Below, piece after piece: positions 1-9,611 of a stretch of 63,281 nt of DNA. Every line of letters begins with the position of its first letter. The stretch's first letter is position 1. Origin of the DNA: Candidatus Hydrogenedentota bacterium (lineage in GTDB: Bacteria; Hydrogenedentota; Hydrogenedentia; Hydrogenedentales; GCA-2746185); the NCBI GenBank assembly GCA_046583315.1, contig JAYGCN010000075.1:1-63281 (forward strand), written 5' to 3'. A model generated the notes under the pieces. That model made no database searches and was not told the origin of the DNA. It was given only the letters and a program-made list of their open reading frames with translations. The position numbers were made by a program, and so were the translations under genes.

Positions 1-97
1 AAAACGCAGGTGCAAAGACATATTCTAATTCCTTCTCTGTGACAGGTTAACGCCAATCAGTGTATCAAACGCTCCCGAAAACATTCCAATGATGAGG

Positions 98-126
98 TTG
101 AAGCACATGAATCGACACACTATACT
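98..126 (+). promoter_or_regulatory. Putative sigma70-type promoter for the GT2 gene
   Basis: TTGAAG (98-103), 17 nt spacer, TATACT (121-126), 21 nt upstream of ATG 148. Confidence 0.55.
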
Positions 127-147
127 AACGGTTTTCTGGACACCAAG

Positions 148-966
148 ATGACAAAACAACTTCATAGCGACCTGATACCGCTCACAAAGAACACGCTCCT
201 CTATTCAATTGTCATCCCTGCCTACAATGAATCGCGCAATATCGTCGAGACCGCCCCGAGACTCGCAGACGCTTTACGTGCCGAGGAAATCCCTTTCGAA
301 CTGGTTATCGTCAATGACAACAGCGTCGACAATACCGGTGAAACCGTCGACGAGTTGACCACCACCTATCCGGAAATCAAACTCGTTCATAATCTGATGC
401 CCGGCGGCATAGGACGCGCCATTCGCTGCGGCCTAAGCAATATTAGCGGGGATGCCGTTGCGGTCGTCATGGCCGATTTGTCCGATAGCCCCGAAGATGT
501 CGTGCGTTGTTACCGGAAACTCGAAGAAGGATGGGACTGCGTATTCGGCTCCCGATTCGCGAAGGGAAGCAACGTATCAAACTATCCACCGCTAAAACTG
601 ATTATCCAGCGCATCGTAAACAACGCAATTCGCCTGATGTTTTTTACTCCCTTCAACGACATGACCAACGCGTTCAAGGTCTACCGCCGTCACGTCATCG
701 ACGACATCAGCCCGCTCCATGCCGCCCATTTCAACATCACCATCGAACTCTCGCTCTCCGCACTCATCCGCCAGTATCAGATCGTCCAAATACCGATATC
801 CTGGGAAGGCCGAACATGGGGGCAATCGAACTTGAAATTGCGTGCCATGGGCAGGCGATACCTGGCTACCCTGCTCAAGATCTGGTTCGAGCGCTGGCTC
901 ATCGTCGACGATCTCGTCGTCGAAAGCGAGCACAAACGAAGTGATACTGATAAAATTAACAAATAG
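148..966 (+). CDS. Glycosyltransferase family 2 (polyprenol-phosphate glycosyltransferase/DPM1-like)
   Basis: SIVIPAYNE, VNDNSVD, MADLSDSP (DxD-like), VFGSRF, DMTNAFK motifs. Confidence 0.9.
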   Translation: MTKQLHSDLIPLTKNTLLYSIVIPAYNESRNIVETAPRLADALRAEEIPFELVIVNDNSVDNTGETVDELTTTYPEIKLVHNLMPGGIGRAIRCGLSNISGDAVAVVMADLSDSPEDVVRCYRKLEEGWDCVFGSRFAKGSNVSNYPPLKLIIQRIVNNAIRLMFFTPFNDMTNAFKVYRRHVIDDISPLHAAHFNITIELSLSALIRQYQIVQIPISWEGRTWGQSNLKLRAMGRRYLATLLKIWFERWLIVDDLVVESEHKRSDTDKINK

Positions 967-1063
967 TCTTCAATTTTACGCATTTTGGAAACGAAACACT
1001 CCGTTTCCTCCGACTATCGTGTTATAATCCGTTTCGAATACGGGTTCGGGGAAGGAAATTTCG

Positions 1064-3175
1064 TTGACCAATCAGCGCATAATCATCATTCTGCTTCTAT
1101 CCTGTTTCGCATGGATACCCACGAGTCACACGCAAGACGCCGTGGCTCCGGACAAAGACGAAGCAACAGATTTCCCATCCACGCGAACCTACTACTACAA
1201 CGGCAATTCACGGGTCACGGTGCAAATCGCCCTGGACGAGTTACACATCGAATCCAACGCGCCCGTCACCAACGTTCAGGTACTCGGCGATCTTCGACCG
1301 GTTGCGACGAATGCATCGAAGCTTAGGATGCGCACACCTTCGCGAACCCTGGACGACCTCAAGACCGTGGCGCGCGGCCTGTCCGTTGGAGCACAACGCG
1401 CACATGCCACGGCCTATGCACCCGGTATACTCGTGCGCGACGAAGCGGCTTCGCAAACCATCACCAATCGTATACATCTGAAGCCTGCCGAAGGAACAAC
1501 CGTCCAATCCCTCGCGAGCCGTCACGGATTCCGCATACTCCGTTCTATGGTATCGGACCCTGAAATCGTCGAAGTCGAAACGCTCTCACGCGAACTACTC
1601 GCGGGACTCGAATTGGCCAACACCCTTCACGAATCCGGTGACGTTGTTTTCGCGCAACCCGTCATCCAGCGAAGCATGGATCCGCGAATCATCATCAATG
1701 ACCCCCAATTTGAATTTCAATGGAACTTCCTCAACCAATACGACTCATCTCAGTTCACACCGGGCAACGATATCAACCTCGTCCCGGCATGGGATCGCTC
1801 CACAGGCACCGACATCAACATACTTATTGTGGATTCCGGCGTGCTGAATTCACACCCCGACCTCGCCCCAAACGCGCGCACCGATATCGATGTTGACTAC
1901 TTCGAAGGCGGCCAGGATTCCAGTGCAAACACCTTTCACGGTACCGGTGTTGCCGGTCTTGCTGCTGCAAAAGGAAACAACGCTGAGGGGATTGCCGGGG
2001 TTGCTTTCGATGCGGACATCGTCGGTGTTCGACTCATTGTTGGTGCCATCACCGACACGCAGATCGCCGATGCCCTCTCCCACATCGTCAGCGAACCTGT
2101 CGTAGCCAATCAATCTCAGATCAGCAACAACTCCTGGGGACCTTCCGACAGCAGCGCCGCCATAAAAGAGTTGTTACCACCCGTCGTCGAATTCGCCCTC
2201 GCAGATGGTGTCACGACCGGGCGCAACGGTAAAGGCGTGATCTACGTCTGGGCCGGCGGAAACGGTCGTAACAATAACCAAGATATTTCATTCGATGGCT
2301 ACGCCGCCAGTCGATATACCATCGCAGTCGGAGCCACGGGGGGTGCCGGCCTCTTCTCCTCCTATTCCGAACCCGGTGCTTCGCTACTGGTAAATGCCCC
2401 ATCCAGCTTTGACAACATCGGCGTTGTTACAACAACGATAAACGATGCCTACACAGACAGCTTCTCTGGCACATCCGCCTCTGCACCGACGGTGGCCGGT
2501 GTCGTCGCCCTCATGCTCGATGCCAATCCTGCACTGGGCTGGCGCGATGTTCAACACATTCTCGTCATCTCCTCTACCAAAACCAATATCGCTGATACCG
2601 GATGGCACCTGAACGGCGGAGGATTCCTCTTCCATCACGATTATGGATACGGCCGGGTAAACGCAAACATTGCTACCAAACTAGCCGCAACATGGTTTCC
2701 CGTACCAGCCCCCCTAGCAACGATATCCGGATCACAGAGTGCCCTCTCGCTTACCATCCCCGATGCCGACGCAACCGGAATCACAAGCACTATCGATGTC
2801 GTCCAGTCCACTCCCTTCGCGGCTGAGCATGTCGAGGTTGAACTGACCTTGAACCACACCTATCGGGGCGATCTCAACATCATATTGACCTCTCCAAGTG
2901 GCATGCAATCCGTCTTCACGACAACGCACAATGATTCCGCCGACGACTACATCAATTACCTCTTCACCTCCGTCGCGCACTGGGGCGAAGATCCCGACGG
3001 CATATGGGAGCTCACTATATTCGACGGAAACCCCGGAAACGTCGGCGCACTGCAGGATTGGACGCTCAATATTTACGGCGGCGTCCCCTTGTCCACCCTG
3101 AATCCAGCCGCTGCCATCCCCACACTCAAAGTCCCCTTCTTCGAGACGAAGGCTACCCAACCCGCCAAGAATTAA
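1064..3175 (+). CDS. Secreted S8 serine protease, kexin/furin-like (S8B) with prodomain and P-domain
   Basis: Signal peptide; triad LIVDSG, HGTGVAG, GTSASAP; oxyanion GGNG; SWGP, LGWRDVQH, YGYG; P-domain EHVEV..HTYRGDL. Confidence 0.92.
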   Translation: MTNQRIIIILLLSCFAWIPTSHTQDAVAPDKDEATDFPSTRTYYYNGNSRVTVQIALDELHIESNAPVTNVQVLGDLRPVATNASKLRMRTPSRTLDDLKTVARGLSVGAQRAHATAYAPGILVRDEAASQTITNRIHLKPAEGTTVQSLASRHGFRILRSMVSDPEIVEVETLSRELLAGLELANTLHESGDVVFAQPVIQRSMDPRIIINDPQFEFQWNFLNQYDSSQFTPGNDINLVPAWDRSTGTDINILIVDSGVLNSHPDLAPNARTDIDVDYFEGGQDSSANTFHGTGVAGLAAAKGNNAEGIAGVAFDADIVGVRLIVGAITDTQIADALSHIVSEPVVANQSQISNNSWGPSDSSAAIKELLPPVVEFALADGVTTGRNGKGVIYVWAGGNGRNNNQDISFDGYAASRYTIAVGATGGAGLFSSYSEPGASLLVNAPSSFDNIGVVTTTINDAYTDSFSGTSASAPTVAGVVALMLDANPALGWRDVQHILVISSTKTNIADTGWHLNGGGFLFHHDYGYGRVNANIATKLAATWFPVPAPLATISGSQSALSLTIPDADATGITSTIDVVQSTPFAAEHVEVELTLNHTYRGDLNIILTSPSGMQSVFTTTHNDSADDYINYLFTSVAHWGEDPDGIWELTIFDGNPGNVGALQDWTLNIYGGVPLSTLNPAAAIPTLKVPFFETKATQPAKN

Positions 3176-3238
3176 CTCACTACCCCCCGATTCTGCTACA
3201 ATATAGCCTATTCAAGACCGTAAAGAACCCAGAACCCT

Positions 3239-4435
3239 ATGAATTTTGCAGATTTCAAGGTCAACGCTTCCTGCGTTGAAGCCTTGACGAAACAGTCCAT
3301 TATCACTCCTACGCCGGTACAAGAGACCGCAATTCCCAAAATTCTTCAGGGAGCCGATCTTATCGCTGTTGCCCAGACCGGTACCGGAAAAACACTCGCC
3401 TACGCCCTGCCCAGCATCACCAAAATCGTCAATAATCCCGGCAAAGGTACACAGATGCTTATCCTTGTACCCACCCGCGAACTCTGTGTGCAGGTTTACA
3501 ACGTTGTTCGTGACATGGCCGAAGTCGCAGGACTCTCAGCCGCTCAGATATACGGCGGCGTCGGATACGACAACCAAACGAAAGCCCTCAAGAACGGTAC
3601 CCACATCATCATCGCTACACCGGGCCGCTTACTGGATCATATTGATCGCCGTAACGCCAACTTCAAGAACATCCAGTTTCTCGTGCTCGATGAAGCCGAC
3701 CGCATGCTCGACATGGGATTTCTCCCCGACGTAAAAGAGATCATCACCTACACCAACAAGAGTCGCCAAACGCTTATGTTCTCCGCGACCTTCCAAGATG
3801 CCATCGCACGCCTCGCGCAGAACATGATGACCGATCCCGAGAAAATTGTTATCGGTGTTATCGCAAAACCTGTCGATACAGTAACCCAGCGACTCTACCC
3901 GGTCCTCGATGAACGTAAACCACGCCTTATCGCTGACATCCTCACTGAAGAAGAACCGGCGTCTTGCATGATTTTCATGCGAACTAAAGTGAGAACCGAG
4001 CAGGTCGCAGCGATCCTCAAAAATAAAGGCTGGAAAGTTGCACAGTTACACGGTGATCGCTCCCAGGGACAGCGTCAACAGGCACTGGACGGATTCCGTA
4101 CTGGCAAATACAAAGTCCTCGTCGCAACAGACGTCGCATCTCGCGGAATCGATATCGACGGCGTCAGTCACGTCATCAATTACGACATTCCCCTCAACCC
4201 CGACGACTACATCCACCGAATCGGTCGTACCGCACGCGCCGATGCCAAAGGGGATGCCTATACCTTGGTCACCCCCGCTGAATTCCAGGCGCTCGGCTCC
4301 ATCGAGAAAACCCTCGGCTACAACATCCCCCGCAAAGAACGTGAAGGCGCTCCCCGTGTCCTCAGCGTATTCAATCCCAACGGCAAAAAAGTGAACAAGG
4401 CCCGTCGCGGAAGAAGCCTCCTGCGACGTCGGTAG
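3239..4435 (+). CDS. DEAD-box ATP-dependent RNA helicase (RhlE-like)
   Basis: Q motif, AQTGTGKT, PTREL, TPGRL, DEAD, SAT, HRIGRTAR; basic C-tail. Confidence 0.95.
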   Translation: MNFADFKVNASCVEALTKQSIITPTPVQETAIPKILQGADLIAVAQTGTGKTLAYALPSITKIVNNPGKGTQMLILVPTRELCVQVYNVVRDMAEVAGLSAAQIYGGVGYDNQTKALKNGTHIIIATPGRLLDHIDRRNANFKNIQFLVLDEADRMLDMGFLPDVKEIITYTNKSRQTLMFSATFQDAIARLAQNMMTDPEKIVIGVIAKPVDTVTQRLYPVLDERKPRLIADILTEEEPASCMIFMRTKVRTEQVAAILKNKGWKVAQLHGDRSQGQRQQALDGFRTGKYKVLVATDVASRGIDIDGVSHVINYDIPLNPDDYIHRIGRTARADAKGDAYTLVTPAEFQALGSIEKTLGYNIPRKEREGAPRVLSVFNPNGKKVNKARRGRSLLRRR

Positions 4436-4440
4436 AGTCG

Positions 4441-4926
4441 TTACTCCACCCCCACCTGATCCAGGTTGATCCGGATCTTCTCCATGATGCTGACCAGTTG
4501 ATCCAGTTCCGCATCATCCAGCACGCTCATGATCTCAGATATTTTTCCTCGATACACACCCGCGATATCGCTGTACATCTTTTCGCCGTGTTCGGTCAGT
4601 TCCACGATGTTATAGCGTCGATCATCCGGCACCGGTTTACGAACCACCAGGTCGGCTTTCTCCATCCGGTCGATGAGGGTCGTGATATTCGCGCGATTTA
4701 CCAGCATCATCCGGCTCAACTCTACCTGAGTCAATCCGCCGACATCCCCACTCTGATGTTTCAGCAATGAGATCACATTAAACTGAACGTCCGTGAGTCC
4801 TCGCAAGCGAAAAAACTCACCCGCCTTCTTCCGCGCACGCGACGCCGTGTAATAAATGCTCAATAAGGCTTCATGCGGAGGATAGTCAAAACCCTTACGC
4901 ATACCCAGTTCAATTTTAAGTGTCAT
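4441..4926 (-). CDS. MarR family transcriptional regulator
   Basis: LTQVELSRMMLVNRANITTLIDRMEKADLV..DRR..LTEHG winged-HTH pattern. Confidence 0.9.
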   Translation of the reverse strand: MTLKIELGMRKGFDYPPHEALLSIYYTASRARKKAGEFFRLRGLTDVQFNVISLLKHQSGDVGGLTQVELSRMMLVNRANITTLIDRMEKADLVVRKPVPDDRRYNIVELTEHGEKMYSDIAGVYRGKISEIMSVLDDAELDQLVSIMEKIRINLDQVGVE

Positions 4927-5157
4927 ACAGTACCCTTCTTAACAAAAACGAACTCTATCTATCACAAGTTAAATTACTCAATAACTGTTAATAAGGGAAC
5001 ATTATACACTTTAGATATAAAAATCAAATTCCAACCCGCCACTACCGATTCATTCACAGTTTTTTCACTTTTCCCACTCTCCTGCGCTTCAAATGCGCTC
5101 GTCACGCGACACCCAAGGAAATCAGCAAATAACCCAAAAAAAACAGGGGCCTTCACC

Positions 5158-5187
5158 TTGACTCCCAATGCGTCCGAATGGCACAGT
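5158..5187 (+). promoter_or_regulatory. Putative promoter of the gcv operon
   Basis: TTGACT (5158-5163) then TG-g-CACAGT extended -10-like element, just upstream of the riboswitch. Confidence 0.45.
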
Positions 5188-5196
5188 ATGGGCCTC

Positions 5197-5299
5197 AAAT
5201 CCAGCGTGTAACTGGCGAGGGTCAATACGACCTGATATGACGTGGAACCAACCACGGGGAAACGCGCTGGATTGTCCTCTACGCCGTACGCCTGGGCAC
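5197..5299 (+). ncRNA. ZMP/ZTP (pfl) riboswitch
   Basis: P1 AATCCAGCGTGT (5198-5209)/ACGCGCTGGATT (5262-5273); ACTGGCG in J1/2; P2 GTGG-AACCAA-CCAC then GGGGA; 3' hairpin GCC-GTA-CGCCTG-GGC whose CGCC can pseudoknot with GGCG; upstream of a one-carbon operon. Confidence 0.88.
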
Positions 5300-5409
5300 A
5301 CAGTGGACCTTGAGCTGCACGAATCTCGACATCGGGATTCGGAATTTGATTGTTGCGTTGTGCGATGCAGGGCTGCATTCATGACGAACGAAATCGGCTG
5401 GAGGCACTG

Positions 5410-6483
5410 ATGCAGAAGACCGCATTATTTGATGCGCACGAAAGACTCGGAGGCAAAGTCGTTGACTTCAACGGCTGGGCGCTACCCGTGCAATTCACCG
5501 GCATCGTCAAAGAACATAATCACACCCGCACCGCCGCCTCGCTCTTCGATTGCTCCCACATGGGCGAATACGTCGTCAAGGGCGAAGACGCGATTCGCAT
5601 ATACAACGACCAGATCATCTCCGACATTTCCAAGTTACCCATTGGTCGCTGTCGTTACGGCGCGCTACTCAACGACTCCGGCGGCATTCTCGACGACCTT
5701 ATCACCTTCCGCATGGCCGAAGATGAACTCTATGTCGTCACCAACGCCGGTCCGCTCGAACACGTAACCGAAATATTCTGCGCCGACAACCCCGGCATGG
5801 CCCACGTCTCCTACGAAACAGCGAAGATCGACATCCAGGGTCCCAACGCGCGCGACCATGCCCTCGCTGCCGGATTCAAAGATGTCGAAGCCCTCAAATA
5901 TTTCAACGCCCTCTGGACCACATGGGAAGGCCACCGCGTTCTATTGTCGCGCACGGGTTACACTGGCGAACTCGGCTATGAACTCTTCATGGACAACGAT
6001 CTCGCCGAGACGGTCTGGAATCGCTTCCACGAAATGGGCGGCGTAGAGCTGGCCGGGCTGGGCGCACGTGATACCTTGCGCACCGAAGTCGGCTACGGTC
6101 TTTCTGGCCAAGACTTCAATGATTCAATCACACCCTTGGAAGCCAACATGGCCCCCTTCATCGAATGGGACACGGACTTTATAGGTAAGCAGGCCCTCAT
6201 AAAGCAGCGCGACGACAATACATACTCCGTTCTGGTCCCAATCAAGACGGGCAGTCGCCGCGCCCCGCGACACGACTTCATTGTCGAACACGAAGACACC
6301 GAAATCGGCACAGTCACCACGGGCACCTTCGGCCCCAGCGTCGAACACGGCGTCGGTTATGCCCGCATCCCCCAACAATACGCCACACCCGGCACGAAAC
6401 TTACCGCCGGCCCAAAACAACTCGAAATCGAAGTTACCACGGCACCGTTTTATAAAGACGGAACCTGCCGGACAAAAATCTAA
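5410..6483 (+). CDS. gcvT: Glycine cleavage system aminomethyltransferase T
   Basis: FDCSHMGE, RTGYTGELGYE, GLGARDTLRTE; start moved to ATG 5410 behind GGAGG. Confidence 0.95.
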   Translation: MQKTALFDAHERLGGKVVDFNGWALPVQFTGIVKEHNHTRTAASLFDCSHMGEYVVKGEDAIRIYNDQIISDISKLPIGRCRYGALLNDSGGILDDLITFRMAEDELYVVTNAGPLEHVTEIFCADNPGMAHVSYETAKIDIQGPNARDHALAAGFKDVEALKYFNALWTTWEGHRVLLSRTGYTGELGYELFMDNDLAETVWNRFHEMGGVELAGLGARDTLRTEVGYGLSGQDFNDSITPLEANMAPFIEWDTDFIGKQALIKQRDDNTYSVLVPIKTGSRRAPRHDFIVEHEDTEIGTVTTGTFGPSVEHGVGYARIPQQYATPGTKLTAGPKQLEIEVTTAPFYKDGTCRTKI

Positions 6484-6508
6484 TCGATAAAACGGAGAAC
6501 ACAGCACT

Positions 6509-6895
6509 ATGTATCCAAGCGATGCCAAATACACGAAGGACCACGAATGGATTCGTCCGATCGGCGACGACTACGCGATTGGAATCACCTCCTTCGCCGC
6601 AGAACAACTCGGCGACATCACCTACGTTGAGTTGCCCGACACCGACACCGAATTCAACGCGGGCGATGAAGCAGCCACTGTTGAATCGGTCAAAGCGGCC
6701 AGTGATATCTACTCGCCGGTCGGGGGTACCGTATCATCGATAAACGACGCGCTCGAAGATGCCCCGGAACTCGTCAATGAAAGCCCCTTTGACGAAGGCT
6801 GGTTCTTCAAGCTTTCCGGGGTGGATGCCTCGGAACTAGAAGGACTCATGGATGCGAAAGCCTATGAAGCCTTTGCGAAGGAGCAGGAACATTGA
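6509..6895 (+). CDS. gcvH: Glycine cleavage system H protein
   Basis: YTKDHEW, LGDITYV, VESVKAASDIYSP lipoyl-lysine motif. Confidence 0.97.
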   Translation: MYPSDAKYTKDHEWIRPIGDDYAIGITSFAAEQLGDITYVELPDTDTEFNAGDEAATVESVKAASDIYSPVGGTVSSINDALEDAPELVNESPFDEGWFFKLSGVDASELEGLMDAKAYEAFAKEQEH

Positions 6896-8181
6896 GCTGG
6901 ACCTCCGCAACAGATGCCGACACCAAGGCCATGCTCGACACCATCGGCGTGAAAAGTATCGACGATCTATTCTCCACCATTCCCGACGATTTACGTCTGA
7001 AATCCTGGGACGTGCCAGAGGGTATCTCCGAGATGGCCACCCGCGCTGAACTCGACCGGCTCGCCAACAAGAATGATGTCGCACTCACCAGTTTCATGGG
7101 CGGCGGATTCTACGACCACTACATCCCCGCTGCCGTAGACGCTCTATCGCTTCGCAGCGAATTTTACACCGCCTACACCCCCTACCAACCCGAATGCGCC
7201 CAAGGCACCCTGCAGAGCATCTACGAATACCAGTCCGCCATCTGCCGACTGACCGAAATGGAATTCGCGAACGCATCTCTTTACGAAGGCGGCACCGCAG
7301 TTTTCGAAGCAGCCACCATGTCACTACGCTGCACCAAGAAACGAAACAAGATCGTGTGTCACCCCTCCATGAACCCCACCTACCGCTCCATGCTCGATAC
7401 GCACATGGCCAATCTCGACGTTGAAATCGTCGATGGTGACGACCCCACCGATGCCGCCTGCGTGATTGTGCAGAATCCTGCCTTCGGCGGCACCATCCAG
7501 GATTTCACAGCGCTCGGGGAAGCCTGCCACGAAGCCGGAGCACTACTGGTGGTCTCCTTCTACCCGATATCCCTCGGCCTCATGAAAACACCCGGTGCGA
7601 TGGGTGCCGATATCGCCATTGCCGAAGGGCAAAGCCTTGGCATCCCCCTCGCTTTCGGCGGCCCCTATCTCGGCATCCTCGCAACCCTCAAAAAACACGT
7701 ACGCAAAATGCCCGGACGCATTTGTGGCCAGACCACCGATACCGAAGGCCGTCGTGGATTTGTGCTCACCTTGCAGGCCCGCGAACAACACATCCGCCGC
7801 GGCAAGGCCATGTCCAATATCTGCTCCAATCAGGCACTCTGCGCCCTGCGCGCGTTGATTTACATGAGCCTGCTCGGAAAAGAAGGCTTCAAAGACGTGG
7901 CGACGCACTGCCATTCCAAATCGGAATACCTGAAATCCAAGCTGACTTTTGGCGAAATCCAGAACAACGGCCCAACGTTCAATGAATTCGTCATACGCCT
8001 TCCCAAAAATGCGAACACTGTTTCCACGGCCCTTTCCAAAGAAGGTTTCGCTGCTGGACTCGTGCTCAGTGAAATCACCAACGCCCACGAAAACGATTTA
8101 CTCATCGCCGTAACGGAACAACGAACCCGCGCCGAGCTCGACGCCTTCGCAACCGTACTGGAGACCGCATCATGCAACTAA
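6892..8181 (+). CDS. gcvPA: Glycine dehydrogenase (decarboxylating) subunit 1
   Basis: EFYTAYTPYQPE..QGTLQ, REQHIRR, SNICSNQAL; TTG start overlapping gcvH stop. Confidence 0.95.
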   Translation: MSWTSATDADTKAMLDTIGVKSIDDLFSTIPDDLRLKSWDVPEGISEMATRAELDRLANKNDVALTSFMGGGFYDHYIPAAVDALSLRSEFYTAYTPYQPECAQGTLQSIYEYQSAICRLTEMEFANASLYEGGTAVFEAATMSLRCTKKRNKIVCHPSMNPTYRSMLDTHMANLDVEIVDGDDPTDAACVIVQNPAFGGTIQDFTALGEACHEAGALLVVSFYPISLGLMKTPGAMGADIAIAEGQSLGIPLAFGGPYLGILATLKKHVRKMPGRICGQTTDTEGRRGFVLTLQAREQHIRRGKAMSNICSNQALCALRALIYMSLLGKEGFKDVATHCHSKSEYLKSKLTFGEIQNNGPTFNEFVIRLPKNANTVSTALSKEGFAAGLVLSEITNAHENDLLIAVTEQRTRAELDAFATVLETASCN

Positions 8182-9605
8182 TCTTCGAAAAATCGCACGA
8201 AGGCCGCCGCGGCATCACCCTGGACAAGCTCGATGTCCCTCTCGCGAATCTACCTGACGCTTTACAACGCGAAGAATCCGCTGCTCTTCCAGAAGTCAGC
8301 GAATTCGACGTGGTACGTCATTACACCGAACTTTCCAATCGCAATTATGGACTCGACTCTCATTTCTACCCACTCGGCTCCTGCACCATGAAATACAATC
8401 CGAAGATCGCCGAAGTCGTGGCGGCCTTGCCCGGTTTTGCCGGACTCCACCCCCACACCTCATCGTCCCCCCAGACCTGGAATCAATGCCAGGGCGCTTT
8501 CGAACTCATCTACGAATGCGAGCACGTACTCGCCGAAATTTCCGGCTTCAAAGAAGTCTCGCTCCAACCCATCGCGGGTGCTCACGGCGAGCTCGCCGGC
8601 ACTCTCTTAATCGCGGCCTATCATCGCGATCGCGGCAACAAAAAAACCAAAATCGTCGTACCCGATTCGGCACACGGCACCAACCCCGCCAGCGCGGCCA
8701 TCGCGGGCTACGATGTTGTCGAAGTGCCCTCCGACAAAGACGGCACCATCCACCTCGACGCGTTCAAAGAAGTGATGGATGACGAGGTTGCCGGTATAAT
8801 GCTCACCTGCCCCAATACCCACGGCCTCTTCGAATCCGACGTCAAAGCCATCGCCGAAATTGCGCACCAACACGACGCGTTACTCTACTACGACGGAGCC
8901 AACTTGAACGCTATCATGGGCGAATGCCGCCCCGGCGATCTCGGTTTCGATGTAATGCACTTCAACCTGCACAAAACATTCGCAACCCCACACGGTATGG
9001 GCGGACCAGGTTCCGGAGCCATCGGCGTCGGAGAGCGCTTACTCCCCTATATACCCGGACCGCGCGTTATCAAGAACGACGACCAGTTCACGCTGGAAAT
9101 GCCCGAAAAATCCGTTGGTCGCATGGCGCCCTTCTTCGGGAACTTCGGCATGGCGGTGCGCGCCTACGCCTACATACTGCATCTCGGAAACGAAGGCCTC
9201 AAAGAGGTCTCCCACATCTCCGTGCTCAACGCCAACTACATCCACGCGCGCCTGAAACACGCCTACACTTCCGCCTTCGACAACCAATTTATGCACGAGT
9301 GTATTTTTACGGCGAGTCCGCAAGCCGCCAAAGGCACCAACGCGCTCGACATTGCCAAGGCCCTGCTTGATTACGGCTATCACGCGCCCACGGTCTATTT
9401 CCCACTCACTGTTCCCGAAAGCATCATGATAGAGCCGACTGAGACCGAGTCCAAAGAAACGATGGATGGATTCTGCGATGCCATGCTTGCAATTGCCGAG
9501 CGCATCGAAAACGAAGAGTCCCCCTATAAATCTTCACCGACCACGCTACCCGTAAGTCGCCTCGACGAAGTACAAGCCGCAAAATCCCTCAACTGCTCCT
9601 GTTAG
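8172..9605 (+). CDS. gcvPB: Glycine dehydrogenase (decarboxylating) subunit 2
   Basis: PLGSCTMKYNP, SAHGTNPASA, NLHKTF (PLP lysine), IEPTETES. Confidence 0.96.
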   Translation: MQLIFEKSHEGRRGITLDKLDVPLANLPDALQREESAALPEVSEFDVVRHYTELSNRNYGLDSHFYPLGSCTMKYNPKIAEVVAALPGFAGLHPHTSSSPQTWNQCQGAFELIYECEHVLAEISGFKEVSLQPIAGAHGELAGTLLIAAYHRDRGNKKTKIVVPDSAHGTNPASAAIAGYDVVEVPSDKDGTIHLDAFKEVMDDEVAGIMLTCPNTHGLFESDVKAIAEIAHQHDALLYYDGANLNAIMGECRPGDLGFDVMHFNLHKTFATPHGMGGPGSGAIGVGERLLPYIPGPRVIKNDDQFTLEMPEKSVGRMAPFFGNFGMAVRAYAYILHLGNEGLKEVSHISVLNANYIHARLKHAYTSAFDNQFMHECIFTASPQAAKGTNALDIAKALLDYGYHAPTVYFPLTVPESIMIEPTETESKETMDGFCDAMLAIAERIENEESPYKSSPTTLPVSRLDEVQAAKSLNCSC

Positions 9606-9611
9606 CCCGTC

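Noticed and set aside
1..36. Possible start of a divergent minus-strand gene (ATG at 21 with AGAAGGA RBS)
   Set aside because: Only 7 codons are in the window, so it cannot be supported or identified
4950..5030. AT-rich imperfect palindromes upstream of marR as a MarR operator
   Set aside because: Symmetry too weak to distinguish from AT-rich background
5190..5409. Glycine riboswitch or 6S RNA upstream of gcvT
   Set aside because: Glycine aptamer motifs are absent and there is no long 6S-like rod; the sequence fits the ZTP aptamer
4974..5410. ORFs 4974-5378(-), 5122-5382(-), 5168-5410(+) and the 5350 start of gcvT
   Set aside because: They overlap the promoter and riboswitch and have no protein-like features; gcvT has a good RBS at ATG 5410
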